DNA from: Octopus sinensis | Lineage: Eukaryota | Length of the DNA: 63,822 nucleotides | Reading direction: 5' to 3' | Assembly (NCBI RefSeq): GCF_006345805.1 | Contig: NW_021832240.1 | Span: 1 to 63,822 of the forward strand | Shown here: in pieces, positions 53,119 to 63,822 of the stretch | Layout: each line of letters starts with the position of its first letter | How positions within the stretch are numbered: the stretch's first letter is position 1 | The notes under the pieces: generated by a model | Seen by the model: the letters and a program-made list of their open reading frames with translations, nothing else | Database searches by the model: none | Told to the model about the DNA's origin: nothing | Made by a program: the position numbers and the translations under genes

Positions 53119-54444
53119 GATATATATATATATATATTCTTTTTCAATATGTCTACGTACTTTTATGATAAATATGTTCTCAGGAACACGGAACTCCGAC
53201 ACACTATGCAACACTTGTAAGTTCTAAATAATAAGCGGATCTATAAGCGACTAGTAAAGGTTTCTTCCCTAAAGAATAATTTGTTGAATTTAATTATAAT
53301 CTTTGTAAACAATATTAAACCCCGCTACCTCCACCTACACACTCTGTCAACGACACAGAAGTATCGTTCACCTGCTTGATTTCTTTAATAGGTTCCTGTG
53401 CAAATATGTTACATACGAATTCTTAAATACATACAGCTATGAATTTGCATATATATATATATGCGTGTCTCTGGTTGTCAGTTTATATGCGCATGTGTTT
53501 AGCACACGATGTATGGATCGTATTATTGCTGCAGGTGATTGGCTGGCTAATTATAATTACTATGCCTAAGTCAAAACAACAATTTTGTATTTTTACTTTT
53601 ATTTTAGGGAAACATGTGATTTAGTTTCTTTCTCTGTAAACACACACACACACACATACTTTCTCTCCCCTATCTGTCCCCCCTCTCTCTTTCTCACACA
53701 CGGGTTGATGTATCGGTTCACATGCGCACGCATATCTACTATTGAGACATAATATAACTCAACACAAGCTTTTTACATGACAGAGATTTAAATGCATACA
53801 TACATGCGTGTGTGTCTGTTACTATTTACACCTATGTTTATATATGTTTGTGTGTGTTTGTACTACTACATACATACATATATATGTATATATACATATA
53901 TAAATACACGTACATATATATATATATATATACATTTATCCATATATGTATACACACATTTAGTTACATAAATATATATATATTTATAGATATATTTGTA
54001 AAAAAGCGTGTGTGTGTCTGTGTTTGTATGTACATGGGTGTATACGTATATGTATAGTATTCTGGTGGTGTTGTTTGGGATTTTCCGTGATAAATTTTTA
54101 AATATTATTTGAAACAGATATGAAGTAGGGTCATTTGTACTTTTCGAAGTAATAGAAATAAATCTATTTAGAAAAGACATTTATGGCGGTAAGTAGTGTA
54201 CTGCCTCAGCCCATATTACCATATTTTATCTTGCGTCTTGAATTTCGTGTCTGTGACACAAACTAATATTTACTATTGTTAGTTAAACGTCGACACGGGG
54301 AATTTCATATATTCATATTTTACTGCGACTGTTAGCAATACTGGAATCAATGTATTTCAGTTTTCTCTCATTTAACTATCATGCGATTTTTTTTTTGCGT
54401 CACGAAGGTGACAAATTGTGAGTCAGTTGAAATTACTTAACGAG

Positions 54445-54818
54445 TCCCCAAAGTCCACTCCCTCCTCACCGTGGTGGAGACGCTGGCAACGGGTAGTGTC
54501 AAAGCTATGCCGTTGGGAACTTCGGTTCCTGGTAGGGCCACGCAAGGCAGCTTGGTCTCACACCGAGTGGTATTAGGGCCACAACCCGGCAGACGGGGCT
54601 CTGCTGAAAATCTTCGGAGTGTCTGCTTCAGCAATCGGAAGCTCCTCGGTATTTCTGTCACTGCGTCTGCGGACAATCTACGGCAAACAGGATGTCTCCA
54701 CATGTGGGATTTTTGGGGACCGCTTGTGAAATCCACATTTTCCCACGAAACTTCTTCCATGAGTAGAAGAAGCCGACTCAACCCGACCAGGGTGAATGTC
54801 GCCACAAGTACAAGTAAG
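54445..54818 (+). mobile_element. ~375-bp non-tRNA retroposon (putative RTE-derived non-autonomous element) with 11-bp TSD
   Basis: TSD TACTTAACGAG at 54434-54444 and 54819-54829. Tail CAAGTACAAGTAAGTA. Second copy at 60363-61086. The RTE assignment is inference. Confidence 0.75.
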
Positions 54819-56070
54819 TACTTAACGAGAAGGGAAAGGTTCGGGCAGGCTCTGCACGACGTTACTCCATGTCAATTTTTTCTCCAAACCCAGATTGAAA
54901 ATAACAGACGTCAAGAAGCGGAGATTAGATGCCAAAGGCACAAAGCGCGACTCGTACTTCCTCGTCTAACTCAATACTCACCTGCGATAAATGAGCCCGG
55001 CTCTTCTACATCGTCCTTTGTCTGAACAACAACCTCAAGCGTTGGCACTCTTAATACCCATCATAATGAAGAGGGTCAATAAATCACTACTTAACCATCA
55101 CTCAGGTATGCATTAATGTCGACGATGATTTACCAATTAATAAAGTAGTCTTTTTTCATATTTTCTTTTTTCTTTAATTCCGAATGAATTTTCCCGATGT
55201 TTTCATGTCGTATCATGAGATTTTACGATGACAAATCGACACTTTCATATAGTAGAAGAAATTTAATTCACTTTCCTTTGGTCATCCGTATAGCTCGACG
55301 GCATCCATTACCATTACACCTGAATATATTGATCGCGACTGGAGTATCTTCCGTCTAATACCTTCTGGTTTACATGGAAAGAATGGTACCCGTCGCATTT
55401 TGCATACAACTGAGAGCGATGTATATAATAGACGTTATGTCTCACTTCAATGGCAGATATGGTATTCCACACGGTTAATGTTTGAGAGACACTGGAGGCA
55501 GTAATTACAGCTTGTGCAACTTTCTCACATGGACAATAATAGAGGTGATGAGAGAAGCTGGTCGGTGATGCTTGTGACGAGATGGTATGAAGCCACCCAG
55601 CTTCGTGTTGCAGAAGGCATCTTAGTATTGGTAGAAAGGACAAGGGAGAAGAGAGATTTTCAAGAAGATGTGACCATCAGAGCAGTCTAAGCGAAAGAAG
55701 ACAGGAGATTTAGCTTCATGTAATAGACGCCATTATAGGAGCGATAAAAATTGAAAAAAAAAAGTCTATTCAGTCAAGAAGCGAAGGAATGTAACATATC
55801 TGCCACTCATCAGAGGAGCCTCTCCTCAGCTCCGTTAGGGGCTTCGAAGCTTCATGCAGCACGAGATCCGGGACACATTATTCAGAATAATAGAAGTAAC
55901 TCCCAATAATTGTGTAGAGTGCCCTCTTTTCGTTTGTCGACGAATTCATATCTACCTATCAATCTATCTAGCTATATATATGTAAGTTTGTGTGTATGTA
56001 TATATATATATGTATGTAAATATATATATATATATTATATATATATATATTATATATTATATATATATAT

Positions 56071-56441
56071 AACGGGAAGCTTTATGAAAATAAACAAAAG
56101 ACGAAGGCAGGTGGAAGACAAACGAACAATTGTATTAGTATGGCGCTCAGGAAATATAAATAAAACAAGTCTTTAACGTTTCGAGCCTACGCTCTTCAAC
56201 AGAAAGATACACAGAGAGAGAAAAACACAGAAAGAAGGAGAGAAAAAAAATGCGTGCAGTAGCTAACGAATCAACATGGCGATCTGATTTCGGCCAGAGG
56301 TCAAAGATCAAACATGAGACGCGAGAGCGAATAAGGGGAGATAATAGGGTTGATAAAAGGGTTGAGTGACCAGCTAAAAGTGCGTGGGAGGGGTCTGGAT
56401 GTGTGTATGTATAGGGTTGGTGTATGTATTAGTATGTATAC

Positions 56442-56482
<41 letters not shown>

Positions 56483-57494
56483 AGAGAGTATTAGTGCGTA
56501 AGATTGGTCTGGACGTGCGTATGTATGGGGTTGGTGTATGTATTAGTATGTATTAGTATGTATTAGTATGTATTGGTATGTATAGGTGTATGTGTGTGTG
56601 AGAGAGTATAAGTGCGTATGCGGGGTCTGGACGTGTGTATGTATAGGGTTGGTGTAAGTATTAGTATGTACTAGTATGTATTAGTACGTATTAGTATGTA
56701 TTAGTTGGTGTGTGTATTAGTATGGCACATCATATGTGATGTGATGTGTAAAGTCATGTGGTGTAGGGAGGAGAAGAGGCGGATGGGGAGAAGAGGGGGG
56801 AGATAAGGGGAGGGGAAGAAGAGGGGGAGGAGAAGGGGGAAGAGGAGACGATGGGGGAGAAGGAAGGTGAGGAGGGGGATGAAGGAGGAAAGAGGGATAG
56901 GGGGAGAGAGAGAAGGGGAGAGAGGGAGTGAGGGAGCAGAGGGAAGGGGAAGAGGGAGGGAGAAAGAGGGAAGAAGGGAAGGGGAGTAGGGGTGAAAGGA
57001 TGAAGGACTGAAGAAGTAGGGGTCGGGGGGAGAAAGGATAGGTGAGGAGGGGGGAGAGGGGGTTAGATGAGGAGGGGGGGAGAGTTGAGACCAAATGGCG
57101 TATAAGAGCGAAGAGAGAAGATTAATTCCTGTTCACGGCGCAAACGGGAATCCGGATGGCCTCTGTGTAAGGACAAACCGAACACAGAGGCCATCCGGAC
57201 ACAGATAGGTGTTCCAAGGAGTGACCGGTGGAGCGGAAATGGCGTGAGACCGGTGTGTCGTTCGCAAGGTGGATGTCAACGAGGTGTTCCGCGAACCGGT
57301 CAGCCAAGCGGCGTCCGTTTGTCCGATGTACAAGGATTGCAGAGAGAGCAAGAGATGCAATAGATAATATTGCTGGAGGTGCAGGTGAAGGAGTGGATGA
57401 TGGGATAGGGTCGATGGTGGGTGCTAGTGAGGCGGGTGGTGTTGGAGAGGTAAGGGCAAGTGCGGCAACGTGGGCGGGAGCAGGGGAACGAGCC
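56071..57494 (-). mobile_element. 5'-truncated Penelope-like element: GIY-YIG C-terminus, low-complexity 3'UTR, pLTR with HHR
   Basis: (TA)n at both ends. GIY-YIG relic at 57130-57494. HHR-like motif at 56171-56206 (CTTT-CTGTTGA-A-GAGC-GTAG-GCTC-GAAAC-GTT-AAAG). Confidence 0.88.
57130..57494 (-). pseudogene. PLE GIY-YIG endonuclease fragment (frameshifted)
   Basis: GSFPCSRPRCRTCPYL...FTCTSSNIIYCISCSLC / LYIGQT / RRLADRFAEHL...PVSRHF. Confidence 0.92.
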
Positions 57495-58258
57495 ATATAT
57501 ATATATATATATATAATATATATATATATACTTGGACCAATACGTGAGTGCTTTTCTATTGTGTGTGTGTGTAAGTAGACCACACCAAGATTTTGGAAAA
57601 CAGTACAATAATTTTTTTTTTCTCTTTGCTTTAAACATTATCCTATCATCCACATGATTTGCGTAAAAGGCAATATTATGAAGGTCAAGGACAACATGAG
57701 ATGCACACGCATGAAATATTGTCCCTAATGTTCGGTATGTCGGAACGGAATGAATAAATTTCTAAATATGATTCCTTGTGTTTTCGAAACTGAAGTTCAT
57801 TCCTAAATTTTCTCTGCTAATAAATTGATTTTATAGAGAGGTAAGCGGCTTACAACTGTCGCTTGCATATGGTGTTGTATTCAGATATCTACATAAAAAA
57901 AGAGACTTGCAGCAAAAGCAGTTAATTCACGAATGACTTATTCATCAATTTATATAGAGGGAATGAATTCTAATATGCAAATCGAACAATCCAGTTTAAT
58001 GTCCAATCTATATTAACATCTGCTCATTGTATTTAAAAAAAAAAAAAAAGATTCTTGATGTAACATCTTTGCTTTAGCACTTAGATTTGGTTGCTGGTAG
58101 TATTGTGTATCAGCTGGAAGTATTTTTGAGGTACTGGTTCCGCGAACAACTCGCTGTAGAGAAATATAAATTTTTATACGCGACGAGATGAATGTGAATT
58201 CATCATTTTCCAAAAAGATTGAACGTTGTATATGTATATATAATGTAAATAATACATA

Positions 58259-58289
<31 letters not shown>

Positions 58290-58303
58290 GTGTGTGGTGT
58301 GGG

Positions 58304-58334
<31 letters not shown>

Positions 58335-58483
58335 TGTGTGTGTTGGTTGTGTGTTGTTGTGTGTCTGTACATTATATTATATCGTATTATTAATAATTGA
58401 AAAGTCGTATTGCATACATTTGATAGTTTGCCTGTGAAATAAGTTCCATCCTCCATATCTCTCTTTATTCGTATATATATTCG

Positions 58484-58555
<72 letters not shown>

Positions 58556-58944
58556 TGTGTTGTGTGTGTGTGTTTTGTTCCTGTGTGTGTGAGTCTGCGT
58601 TTTTGTGTTACTTACTGGCGCAGCCTCAGGGATGAAACATACAAAAGAATAAAAGAATAAAAACTATTTAGATGCATATATATATATCATATAATATAAT
58701 ATGTTATAATATGTAAGATGTATAGTGCATAAGATATATGTACATATAATATATATATGTATATAATACATATATATATATATTTATATGTGTATGTATG
58801 TTTATATTCTAAATTTAGTTATGTAACGTTTTGAAATTGCTAATAACTACCTCACTTGACCTTTAAAGTAGTAAAAAAGAGAAAAACATCGCTTTGTGGT
58901 TCATCCGAAACTATAAGATCGGTAGATATATTTCTTTACTATCC

Positions 58945-59160
58945 ACAAGAAGCTAAACATAGAAGAGACAAACAAGGACAGACAAAGGGATTAAGTCGAT
59001 TACATCGACCCCAGTGCGTAAATGCTACTTAATTTATCGACCCCAAAAGGCGGAAAGGCAAAGTCGACCTGGCCAGAATTTGAACTCAGAACGTAACGGC
59101 AGACGAAATACGGCTACGCATTTTTCCCGGCGTGCTAACGTTTCTGTCAGCTCGCCACCT
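58945..59160 (-). mobile_element. CORE-like (OR2-type) SINE monomer
   Basis: Homologous to 36662-36880. Confidence 0.88.
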
Positions 59161-59609
59161 TTACTAGTATAATAAATATTTACTATATATACTCAATGAA
59201 TATGTTTTGTGAAATTTTTGTTGGTTGAAATACACTCTCACATCACTGGGTTAAAAAAGAAGCCATGAGCGTAGGACATTATTTGTATCTTTATTTATGA
59301 ATATGTTTGTGTGTGAGTGTGTGTGTGTGTATGTGTGTGTGTGTTTGTGGTGTATGTGTAAGTATATTTATAAGTGTATGAATATATGTTTGCCAGTACT
59401 AATTATGTATGCGCATATGTCCGTGATTGATTATAAATTTATGTCTGTGTGTGCTTCCGTATATGTATTTATGTACAAGTATGTATATAGTCATATATAG
59501 AAAATATATATTTATTTGTATTTATCCATACAATGTTATATATGCACATTCAATAAATATATGTATATGTATGCCTGCTCATATGTGCGTATATATACAT
59601 ATATATAAT

Positions 59610-59687
<78 letters not shown>

Positions 59688-59762
59688 TATATATATATAT
59701 ATACATATATATATATCATATATATATATATATTTATATATATATATAATTCTATATATATA

Positions 59763-59852
<90 letters not shown>

Positions 59853-60362
59853 ATGTGCTTGTGTGCGCGTGCAGACATGTGTCTTTGCAACTTTACGCAT
59901 TCAAATATGCGGCATTTATTTCCCTGCGTTCAATCGCTATATGATCTCGAATTAATTAATTAATTAATTACATTTTTTTTTTCATTCAAATCTTCTCAAA
60001 GTATTAATTACAAATTTGAAACTTATTCCGTATACGTCACAGTATGTATGTAAGCGAATGTTTTTTTTTCTGCGTAAGATTATTTTAAAGTACTTTTAAT
60101 TTAATTTACTCAGACGAATATTAACTGTACGGTATATTCATATTGTTTTCGTTGCTGTTTCACCTCAGGTCAACCTCATTGAACGAAGCTATTATTAAAA
60201 TCATAGAGATCATAAACATCCTAATTATTCTTATAAGTAAAAAACTCTGTACCATATTAATGAACCGAATGTACAACTGCAAGGGATAAGCCACCTTTTC
60301 GACTGCATTATTCTTAAATTTAAGCGTATGTTTTGATTTTCATTTGATACTACTACGCGTGT

Positions 60363-61086
60363 GTCCCGAGAGTCCATCCCCTCCTCACCGTGGTGGAGAC
60401 ACTGGCAACAGGTAGTGTCAGAGCTATGCCGTCGGGAACTTCGGTTCCTTGTAGGGCCACCCAATGCGGATTGGTCTGATACCGAGTGGTATTAGGGCCA
60501 CAACCCGGCAGACGGGGCTCTGGTGGAAATCTTCGGAGTGTCTGTTTCGGCACCGTTGTGGGGACGCTGGCAACAGGTAGTGTCAGAGCTATTCCGTCGG
60601 GAACTTCGTTTCCTGGCAGGGCTACCCAAGGCAAATTGGTCTGACACCGAGTGGTATTAGGGCCACAACCCGGCAGCCGGGGTTCTGGTGAACATTTTCG
60701 GAGTGTCTGTTTCGGCACCGTGGTGGAGACGCTGGCAACAGGTAGTGTTAGAGCTAAGCCGTCGGGAATTCGGTTCCTTGTAGGGCCACCCAAGGCGGAT
60801 TGGTCTGACACCGAGTGGTATTAGGGCCACAACCCGGCAGCTGGGGCTCTGGTGAAAATCCTTGGAATGTCTGTTTCGGCAACCGGCGGCTCCTCGGTCG
60901 TTCTGTACCTGCGTCTGCGGACAATTTGCGGCAACAGGATGTCTCTACATGCGGGATTGTTAGGGACCGCTTGTGAAATCCACATATTCCCACGAAACCT
61001 CTTCCTCGGGATGCCTCGAGGGTGGTAGAATAAGCCGACTCAACCCGCCCAGGGTGAATGTCGCCTCAAGTACAAGTAAGTAAGTA
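60363..61086 (+). mobile_element. Second copy of the 54445 element, with an internal 165-bp unit triplicated
   Basis: Units start at 60388, 60553 and 60718. Same 5' start and same AAGTA-type tail. Confidence 0.88.
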
Positions 61087-61438
61087 TGTAACGTTGGTAA
61101 ATGAAGGCGTTTAGTATAGAGGATGTATAGAGGAGAACTTGTGGGTGTATGGTGTATCTGTTATGGTGATCGTGAGTGCACCATTAAGGACCGAAACCAC
61201 GCAATCTCATATATGAATATTGCTTGGATATTTTGGAACAAGGACAACAAGTTTGGGGTGGGAGTATGACCATTAGATCGACGCCAGTGCTGAAATGGTA
61301 CACCGATGGAATGAGAGACAAACTGAGTACAGCGGCATTTTAGAAAGAACGAAATGCTGCTAATTGTTGTTATGATGTGCTGACGATTGCCAGGTGGCTG
61401 CATGGAATACTCACATATAAAAATTAACATTCGCTATA

Positions 61439-61673
61439 GAGTAATCACTCGACTAGCGCGGATATCACGTTCCACCCCGCTGCGATAGGTGAAAATGAGC
61501 GAAGTAGAAACAATATTGTACTGTATACTTCAAAAATTATTTTTATAATTTGTATATATTTACTTTATTATAAATGCAAAATAATACAATGAAGGAATCG
61601 ACTTAAGCTTAACTAAAACCCCAAAAGGTGAACCGCGATAGTTGAACCACGGTAGATGAACGGGGATTTACTG
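61439..61673. mobile_element. Tc1/mariner-pogo (Tigger-like) MITE
   Basis: TA-GAGTAATCACTCGACTAGCGCGG ... CCGCGATAGTTGAACCACGGTAGATGAACGGGGATTTACTG-TA. Degenerate CAGTA.. TIRs with TA TSD. Confidence 0.55.
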
Positions 61674-61891
61674 TATGACTATATTAGGTTCAAAAACCAT
61701 TACCGGCGTGTGAATATACACACAATCATACACACACTCACACATATACGTATACTATAAATGATGAATAATATATACACACACATATATATATATATAC
61801 ATATATATACACCCTATATGTATACACTCACATACGTATATACATGCATACACACAATACATACATACATACATACATACATACCACATAC

Positions 61892-61945
<54 letters not shown>

Positions 61946-62399
61946 TATAAGGAAAAGAAGAAAATGGGATTAACATTAATAATTGATAAATATCAATTAT
62001 TGATTACAAAAAACAATATCTCATCTAACAGGTGTGTCTGTCCGCGCTATTTTCTGTATAATCAGGCTTAATTATTACAATAATAATAATTATCACTGTT
62101 AATAATCATACCACCAGAGCGGAAGAATAAAGGCATAGTAAAAAAAAAGAAAGACAAAAATAAATATATACCAATTAATAAATATATACCAAAATAAATA
62201 TATACCAATTGATGTTAAATGCTATCCCTCTGAAAACCTTTCGACCGACTGAAAAATTTATACGATTAGAATAGTTATAATAATTAGTGGTACATGCCTA
62301 CAGGGAAAAAAGGCCACTGCCGGCGTAAGTTGAATATATAATAGTGTTGGAGTATTTTCGTTATGTCATAAAGTAAAAATTAAAAAGTAAAATTACCAG

Positions 62400-62850
62400 G
62401 AATTATAGAAGTTAATGTGACAACAGTTAACCATAAGTTATTTATCGATAATTTCCTGATCAATTAGCATAATTAGATTAAACGAGGAGCATTTCAAAAC
62501 CGTAAAAATGAATTGATTAAACTGGGAGGCAAACTATTTGTATTTTGCACACGTGATAATTGGAGCAGTCAAGACTTATCATACAATTCTAAAAACCATA
62601 AACATGAAAATTGGTGTAATTTACTGCCTGACACAAGTATATAACATAAATTGAGTTTATTACTGAAAATATCAATATTTTCATACATGCTTACTTCGTA
62701 GTCTGAGTGAAAATATTCTGTACTTCTCCAATTCTGAAGTAGAAAGGTTCTGGCCACTTAAGTGGGGACTATTGGTCAGGTAATTTCAAAAATAAAAGGT
62801 TGGTCATTCTAAGTAAAAACCGTTAATCGATGGAGTGCAAATAGGTAAAT
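62400..62850 (-). pseudogene. Possible highly decayed PLE RT relic
   Basis: Minus strand NSPHLSGQNLSTSELEKYRIF and YENIDIF loosely resemble GSPLSP.LANL..E.LE and YVDDIF. Confidence 0.3.
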
Positions 62851-63399
62851 AAGGATTATTTGTTGTAAGGGGTAATAAAGTGCATTATATGACGAGGATT
62901 GAACTCTCTATATAGTAGAAATCAGAGGGATAATTAATGGTTAAGGGGGGGGGGCAATTATGGATTAAAAGTTATGGCAGAAAATACTATTTATATTAGA
63001 AGAATTTGCATTGAAATGTCCTATTGATTGTTGAAAAATCGGTGCTAATAACAATTTCTTGATCTTTTTGAAATTCCAAGTCCGTAAGTGACTGCATGAG
63101 CCTCTCCCCCCCCCCCATCACCACCACCACCACCATCGAGTTTCATCAAGATCGGTTGGATAGTCTCGGAGGAGTTAAAGTAACAAATTCACAAACACAC
63201 ACACGCTGAGTCACAAACAGAGAGAAATTGCCGTTTATGTATATAGATGTATATTTTAATGATGTTTAGCAGAAGCAACAAAGTGTATCAAGGGATGAGA
63301 TTTACGTGCATTAGCACTTCTCAGACTAGTTTGCTAATGCTAACATAAAACTTCCGGCCATGTAGTCACTCTGTCACGTCTACTAAATAAATTATATAT

Positions 63400-63822
63400 A
63401 TACATATGTGTATGTATATATATATATATATATAGTATAATATATATATATATATATATATATAGATATAAATTAATAAATAAAATAATATGCATATATA
63501 CATACATATAGTACTTCCCTACCTCTACATGTATATATACATGCATATATGAGTACAGGACACCCAAAAAACGTCGAACACAATGAGAAACGAAAACATA
63601 AACACAAAACCAAGGAAATGGGCATTTTTCTTAAACAACGAAAAAAATAGAGTACAGGACATACAAAACAAGGAAAACTCCCCTTCTTCAGTCACCTTTT
63701 GTTTCATCTACTCCACGTTTCGAAGGTCAAGGCGATACATGACTTTAATGAAACAATCCTTCCCGCGAAAATCAAATTAAATAAAATTTGAGATTTTTTT
63801 GCGGAGGGGTAAAAATGAAGAA
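63400..63822 (-). mobile_element. PLE-type terminal repeat running off the window
   Basis: Homologous to 28445-28790. Contains CCTTC-GAAAC-GTG and a downstream CTGAAGA. Confidence 0.55.

Noticed and set aside
63030-63250. Helitron/Helentron-like 3' end
   Set aside because: Only a vague resemblance from memory; I could not identify the 5' end or diagnostic hairpins.

Overview
AT-rich, microsatellite-dense eukaryotic DNA. The SINE families and repeat landscape resemble those I recall from octopod cephalopods (Octopus); that assignment is inference, not a database result. I cannot support any intact host protein-coding gene. Almost all ORFs in the track are translated microsatellites or retroelement relics. 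Retroelement content: about 16 tRNA-derived SINE copies (several with clear TSDs), a 2.7-kb CR1-type LINE plus two CR1 3' fragments, four Tx1/L1-clade copies, two R4/Dong-like fragments, many Penelope-like element (PLE) relics, a short TSD-flanked RTE-like element in two copies, and MITE-like elements. The strongest signals are: (1) about ten minimal type-I hammerhead ribozyme (HHR) motifs with palindromic stem III, in PLE-type terminal repeats; (2) a recurrent (TA)n-leader-long inverted repeat-(TA)n architecture, two copies of which carry an HHR on each strand; (3) apparent partitioning of microsatellites among retroelements: Tx1 at (TCTA)n, R4/Dong-like at (TAA)n, PLE/foldbacks at (TA)n.
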